From: Pelagibacteraceae bacterium
Lineage (GTDB): Bacteria; Pseudomonadota; Alphaproteobacteria; Pelagibacterales; AG-422-B15
Direction: 5' to 3'
Length of the DNA stretch: 64,000 nt
NCBI GenBank assembly: GCA_038103905.1
Contig: JAYNZW010000001.1
Coordinates: 144,818-208,817 of the forward strand
Shown: positions 20,028 through 29,292 of the stretch, piece by piece
Layout: every line of letters begins with the position of its first letter
Position numbering within the stretch: the stretch's first letter is position 1
The notes under the pieces: model-generated
Told to the model about the DNA's origin: nothing
Seen by the model: only the letters and a program-made list of their open reading frames with translations
Databases searched by the model: none
Translations under genes and position numbers: made by a program

Positions 20028-20986
20028 ATGAAATCAGTATTAAATCTTTTTTACTTAGAAATAAAATTTCTGATTATAAGTTAGAACAGATCAAATCAGA
20101 TGCGTCATTTAGAGAGTATTACAGAGTTTCAGGTAAAAACCTTTTAGTTATGTATGCGCCAAAAGAAAAAGGAGAGTCGTTTATTAATTTTGAAAAGATC
20201 AATAAAATTCTATCTTCAATTAATCTCAGTGTTTCTAATATCTATGATATAGATTATGAAAATGACTTAATGCTAATAGAAGATTTTGGAAATGAAGTTT
20301 TTTCCAAGATATTAGATAACAATAATGAAAAAGATTTCTACCTGAAATCTATTCAATTGTTATCATATATTCATAACCATTCAGACTTAGAAATCTCTAA
20401 TATAGAAAGATACACCTGTGATATTTTAATTAATGAAAGTGAGTTGTTCATTGAATGGTATTTAGAAAAGCACCTTAAGTTAAACTTAAGTAGTCCTGAA
20501 AGAGAAGAATTTCGTAATATTTTGGAAAAGAATTTTAAATCTCTTTCTCCTAAACATGATACTCTTGTATTAAGGGATTTTCATGTAGATAATTTAATAT
20601 ATTTAAGAAAAAGAAATGGAATTAATCAGCTTGGATTAATTGACTATCAGGATGCATTGCTTGGTTCAACTGCATACGATTTTATTTCTTTAGTTGAAGA
20701 TGTAAGACGTCCAATCAAAGAAGAACTTAAAAATTTTCTAATTGAAACTTATAGTAAATTAATATTTTTAGATCAAAAGGAATTGGAAAGAGAAATAAGT
20801 TTTTACTCAATTCAACGGAATTTAAAAATTATTGGTATATTTTCACGTTTGAAATATCGAGATAACAAAATGAATTATTTTTCCATGATTGAAGTAGCAT
20901 GGGGCTTTATAAATTATCATCTTAAAAAGCCTGAATATAATGACCTTAATGATTGGATTGATACAATAATGAAAAATAAATCATGA
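20018..20986 (+). CDS. amgK: Aminoglycoside-phosphotransferase-fold kinase, AmgK-like (anomeric MurNAc/GlcNAc kinase)
   Basis: Brenner motif LRDFHVDNLIYL followed by IDYQDA. It sits in the conserved tsaE-kinase-nucleotidyltransferase arrangement. It ends with a TGA inside an ATGA overlap. Confidence 0.6.
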   Translation: MAINEISIKSFLLRNKISDYKLEQIKSDASFREYYRVSGKNLLVMYAPKEKGESFINFEKINKILSSINLSVSNIYDIDYENDLMLIEDFGNEVFSKILDNNNEKDFYLKSIQLLSYIHNHSDLEISNIERYTCDILINESELFIEWYLEKHLKLNLSSPEREEFRNILEKNFKSLSPKHDTLVLRDFHVDNLIYLRKRNGINQLGLIDYQDALLGSTAYDFISLVEDVRRPIKEELKNFLIETYSKLIFLDQKELEREISFYSIQRNLKIIGIFSRLKYRDNKMNYFSMIEVAWGFINYHLKKPEYNDLNDWIDTIMKNKS

Positions 20987-21684
20987 TTAAGAGCGCGATT
21001 ATACTTGCGGCTGGACTTGGAAAAAGGATGCTTCCCTTAACCAATGATATGCCTAAACCAATGATAGAAATTAAGGGAAAACCAATGATAAGACACCTTA
21101 TTGACTTATTAGATGATATAGGAATTCAAAAAATATGTGTGAATGTTCATTATAAATCTGAGCTATTAGTTGATTACCTTCAATCAATTGAAAGTAAGAA
21201 AATTATCATTTCAGATGAGACTAATGAGTTACTTGAAACAGGAGGAGGTATAAAAAAGGCTTTCAATTATTTAGATGAGGATTATTCATTTGTGTTTAAT
21301 AGTGATAACTTATGGAATAATAGACTCTCAAATCAAATTAAAAATATGTCAGAGAAATTTCAGGCAGATGCTATGGGAGCTTTCTTAGGTCTGTCTCATA
21401 TTAATAGTCTTGAAGGATATGATGGGGCTGGTGATTTTTGTTTTACAAATGATCAATCAATAAAAAGGTACAAATATGGAAATACAAATCCATATGTATA
21501 CAGTGGTATTCAAATAATCAAAAAAGATTTAGTAACTTCATTAAGTGAGAGAGTTTTTTCAGTAAATAAAGCCTGGGACATTGCAATTAAATCAAAATCT
21601 TTATATGGATTTATTCTCGAACATCAAATAAAACATATTGGAACACCTAAGATGGTAGAAAAAGTAAATAATGAAAAAAATTAA
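20983..21684 (+). CDS. murU: Sugar-1-phosphate nucleotidyltransferase, MurU-like
   Basis: N-terminal ILAAGLGKRMLPLTNDMPKPMI. 233 aa. Translationally coupled to the AmgK-like kinase. Confidence 0.6.
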   Translation: MIKSAIILAAGLGKRMLPLTNDMPKPMIEIKGKPMIRHLIDLLDDIGIQKICVNVHYKSELLVDYLQSIESKKIIISDETNELLETGGGIKKAFNYLDEDYSFVFNSDNLWNNRLSNQIKNMSEKFQADAMGAFLGLSHINSLEGYDGAGDFCFTNDQSIKRYKYGNTNPYVYSGIQIIKKDLVTSLSERVFSVNKAWDIAIKSKSLYGFILEHQIKHIGTPKMVEKVNNEKN

Positions 21685-22258
21685 ATTTTTTATTTTTATA
21701 TTTTTTCTCTTTATTCCTGAATTTGTATATTCAAATGATAATTTGGCGAACTTTATCATTCGCAATTATAATCAAGGAGAATTGCCAACAGTTGGAAACA
21801 CTGAAGCTGAATATACTATTGTAGAATTTTTTGACTATCGTTGTGGATATTGTTCAAAACAAGCAAATGATCTTGCAAGAATTTTAGAAGAAAAAGATAA
21901 TATCAAGATCATTTATTTAGAATTTCCTATTTTTGGCGGTATTTCTGATACTGCAGCAAGAATTGCGTTGAGTGTATGGAATACAAAACCTGATTTATAC
22001 TTTGACATTCATAATCAATTTATGAATTTAGGTCCAAGAATGAAAAAGGATAGTATTATTGATATACTTAACCAATTTAATCTCAATGGGGAGATAATTT
22101 TTGAAGAGGCAGAAAAGAATAAAGATAATGAAATTATTAAGAAGAATAGATCTTTAGCTCTAAGTCTTAATATAAGAGGTACACCTGCTTTAATCATCAA
22201 TGATAATTTAAGCCCTGGGTATCTAAAATATGAAAATTTAATTTCTATCTTAAAATAG
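21671..22258 (+). CDS. DsbA-family thiol:disulfide oxidoreductase (exported)
   Basis: Signal-like N-terminus, CxxC site in FFDYRCGYCSK, and a cis-Pro region RGTPALII. Confidence 0.75.
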   Translation: MKKIKFFIFIFFLFIPEFVYSNDNLANFIIRNYNQGELPTVGNTEAEYTIVEFFDYRCGYCSKQANDLARILEEKDNIKIIYLEFPIFGGISDTAARIALSVWNTKPDLYFDIHNQFMNLGPRMKKDSIIDILNQFNLNGEIIFEEAEKNKDNEIIKKNRSLALSLNIRGTPALIINDNLSPGYLKYENLISILK

Positions 22259-22325
22259 CTATTTCAAAAGTATTATTTGAATATCTAGGCTTGAAATATA
22301 TTAAAAACATAAATATCTTAAAATT

Positions 22326-22652
22326 ATGATCCAAAAAGCTAAATTTGAAATAGGTGAGATTGTAAAGCATAGATACTTTGACTTTAGGGGAGTTATTTTT
22401 GACGTTGATCCTGAATTTAATAATACAGAGGAATGGTATAACTCTATTCCCCTACAAGTCAGGCCCATTAAAGAGCAACCCTTCTATCACTTATTAGCGG
22501 AAGCACCAGGACAACCTTCTTACGTCGCTTATGTATCGCAACAAAATCTACTTAGAGATGATGCACCCGGACCATTGGCACACCCACTAATTGATGAGTT
22601 ATTTAACGGCATAAAAGATGGTAAATATATTACGCGTAGTAAACATAATTAA
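22326..22652 (+). CDS. hspQ: Heat-shock protein HspQ / hemimethylated-DNA-binding YccV family
   Basis: Motifs FEIGEIVKHRYFDFRGVIFDVDPEF and PFYHLL. 108 aa. Confidence 0.8.
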   Translation: MIQKAKFEIGEIVKHRYFDFRGVIFDVDPEFNNTEEWYNSIPLQVRPIKEQPFYHLLAEAPGQPSYVAYVSQQNLLRDDAPGPLAHPLIDELFNGIKDGKYITRSKHN

Positions 22653-22657
22653 TTTTA

Positions 22658-23197
22658 ATGAAAAGTTTAGCAAAACCAATCATTGAATTTGGTCCTGTAG
22701 CAGTTTTCTTTTATTTCTTCATCAAGACTGGTGAAATTCAGTCAGCGATTCTTCCTCTGATGGTTGCAGCTGGCATAGCTATCGTCGCTTCTTTACTCAT
22801 TGAAAAAAAAGTTAATCAAATGCTAGTATTTAGTACATTATTAATTTTTGTATTTGGATCTTTAACTATTTATTTTAATGATCCTTTTTTTATTAAAATT
22901 AAAGTAACAATAGTTAATCTTATCTTTGCAGGCATACTATATATTGGAATTTTATTTAAGAAGCCTCTTCTTAAAAATTTAATGAGCGGTTCTCTTAAAA
23001 TGAATGATGAAAGTTGGTTTATTTTAAGTAAAAGATGGGCTGTGTTTTTTTTATTCTTGGCTATTTGTAATGAAATCGTTTATAGAAATTTTTCAGATGC
23101 ATTTTGGGTTAATTTTAAACTATTTGGTATTATGGGTTTAACATTCATATTTATATTTTCTCAAGTATTTTTTATTCAGAAAAATATGCAACAATAG
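22658..23197 (+). CDS. yciB: Inner-membrane septation protein A (YciB/IspZ family)
   Basis: 179 aa with five hydrophobic helices. N-terminal FGPVAVFF and overall colinearity with YciB. Confidence 0.65.
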   Translation: MKSLAKPIIEFGPVAVFFYFFIKTGEIQSAILPLMVAAGIAIVASLLIEKKVNQMLVFSTLLIFVFGSLTIYFNDPFFIKIKVTIVNLIFAGILYIGILFKKPLLKNLMSGSLKMNDESWFILSKRWAVFFLFLAICNEIVYRNFSDAFWVNFKLFGIMGLTFIFIFSQVFFIQKNMQQ

Positions 23198-23202
23198 TTT
23201 TT

Positions 23203-24039
23203 TTAAAAGGGTTGATCGCCCACAATCGAAATCCTGTCCATTACTCTTTCATGACCGAGACCTCTTCCTGGATAAAAATCTGCAATCGCATAATGTTGAG
23301 TATTTCTATTATCTAGTATTGCTACAGCTCCCTCAGTCCATTTAAATCGACATGACAAATCAAGTCGCTCTTGGTGTTTAAAAATATGATTTAACAAAGC
23401 ATTGCTTTCATTTTCAGGAAGGCCAACTATTTTTTTTGTATAGGTAGGGTTTACGTATAAAATTTTCTTTCCTGTTTCAGGGTGAGTTCTTATAATTGGA
23501 TGTTCATTTGAATATCGTTCTCCAATTTTTCCATTACTTTCCATTTTTGAATAGTTTTCCACAAAAAATTTTGAACCATTAGAAGTATGAATTGCCTTTT
23601 TATTTTGAATAATTTTTTTAATCTCTTCATCAAGAGTCTCTAAAGCTAATTCCATATTTGAAAAAACTGTATCACCACCTATTGGAGGTATTTTTAAAGA
23701 TTTAAGCATAATTACTTTACTTGGCGTGAGATCATAACTCACATCACTATGCCAACCTTCACCCCATTGATTTTTTTCATCTGCAGCTTTAATGATTCTT
23801 GTTATTTGAGGATATTTTTCGATTCCTTTGACATAAGCATGTTCTTCAATTGGACCAAACATAGATGCAATTTCAATGTACTTTTCTAAAGTTAAATTTT
23901 GGTTACGAAAAAAAATGACTTTATGTTCTAATAAGAGATTGTTAATTTCTTCAAAATTTTTATTACTAAGCGAATTAAGATCAAAATTATTTACTTCAGC
24001 GCCAAGAGCTCCTGAAACTAAATCAACATTCATAATCAA
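23203..24039 (-). CDS. TauD/TfdA-family Fe(II)/2-oxoglutarate dioxygenase
   Basis: HxD iron motif in GWHSDVSY, a distal His in NRNTQHYA, and a C-terminal R in ERVMDR. 278 aa. Confidence 0.8.
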   Translation of the reverse strand: MIMNVDLVSGALGAEVNNFDLNSLSNKNFEEINNLLLEHKVIFFRNQNLTLEKYIEIASMFGPIEEHAYVKGIEKYPQITRIIKAADEKNQWGEGWHSDVSYDLTPSKVIMLKSLKIPPIGGDTVFSNMELALETLDEEIKKIIQNKKAIHTSNGSKFFVENYSKMESNGKIGERYSNEHPIIRTHPETGKKILYVNPTYTKKIVGLPENESNALLNHIFKHQERLDLSCRFKWTEGAVAILDNRNTQHYAIADFYPGRGLGHERVMDRISIVGDQPF

Positions 24040-24057
24040 AAGTTATTTAATTTTTTT

Positions 24058-24945
24058 TTAGTTGTCATTTATTTTCTCATTTTCATTTTCATAAAACTGA
24101 TCAATAATTCTGTAGGCAACAAATATAAAAACAATTAAACCGCCTATAAGCTCCAAGGTTGGCGGCTGTTCACCTAATACAATCCATGCCCAAATTGGAG
24201 TAAGAATAGGTTCAGTTAAAATAAATAATGCAGCCCTATGAGGTGGAATATATCGAGAACCTATAGTTATAAGCAAAAACCCTATTCCAACTTGAAAGGC
24301 TCCAATAAATATTGATAGAAGTAAATCGTGTGTATTAATATTATATTCAGAAATTATTGATAGACTGATAACCAATGCAACTATTCCTGCAAGAAAAGTA
24401 GCGGGCATAAAATCAATTTCAGGAGATTTATTTATAAGAGTTAACTGAAAAGCAAAGCAAACTGGAACTCCCAACATTATTAAATTGCCTACTGCATGAT
24501 CAGCCTCTATTCCTCCTGAGAACATTATAAATACGCCAAGCATTGAACCACCAATTGCAATAAGTGTTTTTACGCTGATTGTTTTTTTGAGGAAAAAATA
24601 ACTAGCAACCATTGCAAAAAGTGGTGAAGTACTTAATAAAAAACCTCCATTTGCAACAGAGGTTTTACTCATTCCAAATACATAAAGTATGTTGCTTATG
24701 CCAACAATAAATGCAATCAGTAGCCCACTATAACCAATATTTTTAAAAGCCTTTGGTGTTTTACTTTTAAATTTGACAAGAATATAAACCATCATGATTG
24801 ATGAAAAACCAATCGAGCGAAAAGCTGTAATTTCAAGTGGAGTTGCAGACTCCATATATTTAATTAGTGTCCCACCAAAGCTTAAAAATATTCCTGCTCC
24901 AATCAGACAAAGGGCACCAATTTTTTCTTTATTGTAATTCATCAT
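24058..24945 (-). CDS. DMT-superfamily (EamA) permease
   Basis: 295 aa with ten hydrophobic helices in two EamA-like halves. Confidence 0.8.
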   Translation of the reverse strand: MMNYNKEKIGALCLIGAGIFLSFGGTLIKYMESATPLEITAFRSIGFSSIMMVYILVKFKSKTPKAFKNIGYSGLLIAFIVGISNILYVFGMSKTSVANGGFLLSTSPLFAMVASYFFLKKTISVKTLIAIGGSMLGVFIMFSGGIEADHAVGNLIMLGVPVCFAFQLTLINKSPEIDFMPATFLAGIVALVISLSIISEYNINTHDLLLSIFIGAFQVGIGFLLITIGSRYIPPHRAALFILTEPILTPIWAWIVLGEQPPTLELIGGLIVFIFVAYRIIDQFYENENEKINDN

Positions 24946-24988
24946 TTTCTAATTCATTATATGATTGATTTTTGGGGAGTAAATACAA

Positions 24989-26704
24989 ATGAAATTATTA
25001 TCAATTTTTATTATTATTTTATTTTTTGTTTCATGTGATGAGCAGGGCGAAATAAATGTCTCAAACTCTGGTATAAATGAAGGCCTTAGCGAAGAACATA
25101 GAAATGAATTCAGACGTGATATTATTGAGGTAACAGAGGGCGTTTATTCTGCAATAGGTTTTGGTTTGGCTAATTCAATCATGATTGAAACAAGTGATGG
25201 ATTAGTTATTGTAGATACTCTTGGTTCTGAAGAACGAGCAACCGAGGTATTAGAAGAGTTTAGAAAAATTTCATCTAAACCGATCAAGGGAATAATTTAT
25301 ACTCATAACCATTTAGATCATATTGGAGGCACTACAATTTTTGCTCAAGGAGCAGAGCCAGAAATTTATGCGCAGGAAAATATTCTCTATAACATAGACA
25401 ATATATCAACAACGATTAGACCAATAATTTTTGAACGTTCTGCTAGACAGTTTGGAATTCCTCTTTCTGAAGATCAAATTGTACATCAGGGAATTGGAGG
25501 ATTTTTAGAAATTAATGCTGGTTCCACTATTGGATTACTAAGACCAACGATAACCTTTAATGATAAATTAGATTTAAAAATTGATGATCTTGAAATAGAG
25601 CTTGCGCATGTCCCTGGAGAAACTGACGATCATTTGTATGTATGGCTACCTGATAAGAAAGCTGTAATGGTAGGTGACAATTTTTATAGAACATTTGCGA
25701 ACCTATATGCAATTAGAGGAACAAAATTTAGAAACCCGATGGAGTGGGTCCATAGTATTGATAAAATAAGAGAGTTAGATGCTGAATATTTAATTCCAAG
25801 TCATAGTAGGCCAATTGTAGGTAAAGAAAATATTGCTAAAGCATTACAAGACTATAGAGATGGTATTCAGTTTGTTCATGATCAAACGATAAGGCATATT
25901 AATAAAGGACTAATGCCTGATGAAATTGCAAAATTAGTCAAACTTCCACCTCATTTAGCTAGCTCACCTTACCTTCAAGAATTTTATGGCTCAATTAGCT
26001 CTTACGTAAGATCAGTCTTTTCAGGATATATCGGATGGTTTAGTGGAAATATAACTGAGTTACACCCTTTAGATAATACTGTAAAAGCTCAAAAGATAAG
26101 AGAGCTTGCTGAAAACAGTGTTTCTCTAAATGATGCTGCAAAAAATGCGCTTGAGAATGGAGAATTTCAGTGGGCAATGGAACTAGCCGATATTTTAATA
26201 GCTCTTAATCCAGATGATGAAAATTCAAAGAAAATAAAAGCACAAGCTGCAGAAAATTTTTCTTACACTCAAACAGCTTCAAATGATTACTATTATTATC
26301 AAACTGTAGCAGGAGAATTGCGTGGAGAAATTGATGTTTATACAAATAGCAATAAAGTAACTCCCGCTCAACTTTATAGTACTCCAATGAAATCTATTTT
26401 TAATTCAATCCCCGTAAATTTGAATGCTGAGAAGTCACTAGAAGTAGATAAAAAAGTTTTATTTACATTTACTGATTTAGATCAAGTTTTTAGGATACAT
26501 ATTAGAAGAGGAGTTGCTGAATTAACTTTTGCGTCTCAAGATGATGAGGAGTTAGTAATCAAAACAGATCAACAATCACTCAAAGAAGTTTTTGCTGGAT
26601 TAAAAAGTGTTCCTAGTATTTCTTTGATGTTGGCTAAAAACGAGATTGAAGTTGAAGGTGGAAAAATAGAATTTTTAAAATTTTTATCTCTTTTCCAAGG
26701 TTAA
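24989..26704 (+). CDS. Type III (metallo-beta-lactamase fold) alkyl/aryl-sulfatase, lipoprotein
   Basis: Lipobox FFVSC, MBL motif YTHNHLDHIGG, the dimerisation-domain signature GYIGWFSGNITELHPL, and a C-terminal SCP2-like tail. Confidence 0.8.
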   Translation: MKLLSIFIIILFFVSCDEQGEINVSNSGINEGLSEEHRNEFRRDIIEVTEGVYSAIGFGLANSIMIETSDGLVIVDTLGSEERATEVLEEFRKISSKPIKGIIYTHNHLDHIGGTTIFAQGAEPEIYAQENILYNIDNISTTIRPIIFERSARQFGIPLSEDQIVHQGIGGFLEINAGSTIGLLRPTITFNDKLDLKIDDLEIELAHVPGETDDHLYVWLPDKKAVMVGDNFYRTFANLYAIRGTKFRNPMEWVHSIDKIRELDAEYLIPSHSRPIVGKENIAKALQDYRDGIQFVHDQTIRHINKGLMPDEIAKLVKLPPHLASSPYLQEFYGSISSYVRSVFSGYIGWFSGNITELHPLDNTVKAQKIRELAENSVSLNDAAKNALENGEFQWAMELADILIALNPDDENSKKIKAQAAENFSYTQTASNDYYYYQTVAGELRGEIDVYTNSNKVTPAQLYSTPMKSIFNSIPVNLNAEKSLEVDKKVLFTFTDLDQVFRIHIRRGVAELTFASQDDEELVIKTDQQSLKEVFAGLKSVPSISLMLAKNEIEVEGGKIEFLKFLSLFQG

Positions 26705-27151
26705 ATGGGTTACAGATCATCACTAACTGTAGGTATATTAGGATTAATACCATTTGTGGCCATCTTTGTTTGTTGTCTCATAACCCCTGCTGATCAAGAA
26801 GTATACGATTTATTAATTTATCTATTTGTTTCTTATGCAGCAATTATTTCTTCTTTTTTAGGAGGTATACAATGGGGCCTAATTACTGCATCAGCTGACC
26901 GAATTTATAGTGTGTTTTTGCCATTATTAATTTCAACTATACCTGCACTAATGGGATGGTCAGCTTTAATATTTGTCACTAATCTTTTCTATTCATTAAT
27001 CATAATTGTTATTTCATTTATATTGGCTTTGGCCCATGATTATTATTTGTATAATACAAAAGCTACACCATACTGGTTTCTCAATATAAGAGTTCCATTA
27101 ACGAGTGCTGTTATAATAATTTCAATCTTGATGTTTTTTTATATAAATTAA
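26705..27151 (+). CDS. Small integral membrane protein (DUF3429-like)
   Basis: 148 aa with four or five helices and the motif GGIQWG. The start abuts the sulfatase stop. Confidence 0.5.
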   Translation: MGYRSSLTVGILGLIPFVAIFVCCLITPADQEVYDLLIYLFVSYAAIISSFLGGIQWGLITASADRIYSVFLPLLISTIPALMGWSALIFVTNLFYSLIIIVISFILALAHDYYLYNTKATPYWFLNIRVPLTSAVIIISILMFFYIN

Positions 27152-28380
27152 GAAATTATTCTTGATATAAACCAATATATTCCGAAGCTAATTACAAAAA
27201 CAAAAATTAAATTTTTAAATAATATTTCAACATTATCTAATTTTAAAAATCTCATTAATTTCAGTACAAGTAGAATTATTGAAACAAAAATTATCTGTCC
27301 TATTTCAACACCAATATTAAAGCCTGCTAAGCCATAAACTAAATTATAATTTTCAATTTCTGTTTTAAGAAGGAATGATCCAAACCCATAACCATGTATT
27401 AACCCAAATAAAACTGTAACAATGTATATAAGAATGCTCTTATTTTGTAAGTTTTTGTATAAACCAAAATAGCTAATTGAAAATATGATAATTCCTACCA
27501 ATGTAGTCTGAGATACTAAAATTGAATTATTAAGGCTGAAAAATAGTAATAAAATTAATGTGGCTGTTAATAAAAAAAAGATTTCCTTAAATTTCTTTGT
27601 TTTTTCTATGAAATATTCAAGACCAAGAAAAAATATTGTAAAGCCAATAAGAGATTCGACAAGCATCATATTTGGGGTTGCATAACCGAGAGTCGAAAAA
27701 ATAAGTGTAATACTATGACCTAAGGTGAAGCCCGTAACTACTATTAAAAGTTTTTTTATACTTGAAAGAAGTAATACTAATCCTGCAATAAATAAGAGAT
27801 GGTCGTAGCCATTTAGTATGTGTTCAATACCAATTTTTATGAAGTTAAAAATACTTGATAAATAATTATTATTTTTATCTTCGCTTTCTTTTTTTTCTAA
27901 GTTGATCGATTGATCATTAAAGAAGAGGGCTTTTTCTAGTATTATACTGTCTTCCTTATATACCCTTGCAATATGAATATGACTTGGAATGATGTCAAAA
28001 AATGCATTATTAATTATTTTTATTGATTGTTGCTGTTCACATTGAAATTTCATTGCAATATTTAATGAACCCTCTCTTGAACTAAGTAGACTCATTGGTG
28101 TAGATTGAGTACATAAAATGTTGTCGGACGTGACTTGAATACGCTTTTCTAAATATTTTATGAATGCTTCACTTTCACTCAATTTTTGTTCATAAAGAAA
28201 TTTTTCTATCTCCGGTAATTTTAAAACTCGAGTTGCTTCTAATTCAAATATATTGAAAGTACCTTCAATATTAACTCCATTCACAACCCATTTAGAGTGT
28301 GATTCACTGAAATAATGTGCATTAGCAGAAAAAATTGAGGCAAAGGTTATGAATGTTAAACATTTAATTAGCTTTAACAT
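27148..28380 (-). CDS. HupE/UreJ_2-family membrane protein with ~170-aa exported N-terminal domain
   Basis: A signal peptide ending SANA is followed by HYFSESH. The membrane-domain signature is GIEHILNGYDHLLFIAGL, with TLGHSITL, and about six TM helices. Confidence 0.6.
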   Translation of the reverse strand: MLKLIKCLTFITFASIFSANAHYFSESHSKWVVNGVNIEGTFNIFELEATRVLKLPEIEKFLYEQKLSESEAFIKYLEKRIQVTSDNILCTQSTPMSLLSSREGSLNIAMKFQCEQQQSIKIINNAFFDIIPSHIHIARVYKEDSIILEKALFFNDQSINLEKKESEDKNNNYLSSIFNFIKIGIEHILNGYDHLLFIAGLVLLLSSIKKLLIVVTGFTLGHSITLIFSTLGYATPNMMLVESLIGFTIFFLGLEYFIEKTKKFKEIFFLLTATLILLLFFSLNNSILVSQTTLVGIIIFSISYFGLYKNLQNKSILIYIVTVLFGLIHGYGFGSFLLKTEIENYNLVYGLAGFNIGVEIGQIIFVSIILLVLKLMRFLKLDNVEILFKNLIFVFVISFGIYWFISRIIS

Positions 28381-29236
28381 CTAAATCGTATCTTTTAATT
28401 TTAGCATTTTCTTTTAGAAACTTAATGTAGTCTCTAAAATATTTGTCATCGTTTGAGTTTTTATAATCAAATAAAATTTTATCATATAATCTATGAAATA
28501 AATTTTCGTCTAAAATATTAATATTTGTATTTTTTATTTGGGCAATCAATACTCCACTTTCATATTTTATTGGTTTCGAAATTTCATTAAGATCTAAATC
28601 AAAAATTTCTTTACAAAAAGAAACACCAAGTAATTGATTACAATCTTTCTGACTTATGAGACGATTTGGAATTGAAAAGAAAAGATTTTGATGAAATTGA
28701 TTTTTTGCCGACTCAAACCCAGAATTAATAATTGTTTCAAGTACCAAATCGGCGTCTTCTTTTTTTTGAGAATTTAAAAATATTAGATTTAATTGAATTA
28801 ATTTATTTAATTGATACTTATTTTTATTTTTTTCATAATATTCTTTTAATTCTTTCTCAGATATTTCTTCATCATTCTGCAGCAGGACAGAATCAATAAC
28901 TTGTTGAATAATGGCTTTTCTAATTTGAATATCAAATTTATGTAACTCAAGATCGATTCCTTTTTGCAAAAGAAGCTCTTCCTCAATCATTTTTTCAAGA
29001 ACAATCTCTAGTAATTCCTCATCATTTTCATCGATTGAGTCAATTCCGAGAGTGCTGATATACTTAATGTATTGATCCTCGGATATAACCATATCGTTCA
29101 CCAAAGCAACTGCATTTTGTTGTCTTAAATACTGATTTGATGATTTATTTTGAAATAATTCTTGGGAAACAAGTAAGACCCCAATAATTAATGCGCTGAT
29201 AAAAAGGTAATTAATGTTGTTTATGAAACGAAACAT
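28364..29236 (-). CDS. Membrane-anchored SurA-N/PpiC-like chaperone-type protein
   Basis: N-terminal anchor helix, then an acidic helical region (AVALVNDMVISEDQYIKYI ...) resembling the SurA N-terminal domain. It overlaps the downstream HupE-like gene by 17 nt. This is a weak call. Confidence 0.4.
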   Translation of the reverse strand: MFRFINNINYLFISALIIGVLLVSQELFQNKSSNQYLRQQNAVALVNDMVISEDQYIKYISTLGIDSIDENDEELLEIVLEKMIEEELLLQKGIDLELHKFDIQIRKAIIQQVIDSVLLQNDEEISEKELKEYYEKNKNKYQLNKLIQLNLIFLNSQKKEDADLVLETIINSGFESAKNQFHQNLFFSIPNRLISQKDCNQLLGVSFCKEIFDLDLNEISKPIKYESGVLIAQIKNTNINILDENLFHRLYDKILFDYKNSNDDKYFRDYIKFLKENAKIKRYDLDVKAN

Positions 29237-29292
29237 AATTCTTGCACTATCATCAATTTTTATTCATTATTCAAGTGTTTCAAAGAAAATAT

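Noticed and set aside
29242-29292. TTG-initiated N-terminal extensions in the ORF track: DUF3604 at 29242 and the Rieske oxygenase at 57567
   Set aside because: The 29242 start would leave only 5 bp for two divergent promoters, and it adds a non-signal peptide before the obvious anchor helix. ATG 29293 fits better. For the Rieske gene, ATG 57588 forms a TAATG coupling overlap with the upstream stop, and the extension would overlap the transaminase tail.
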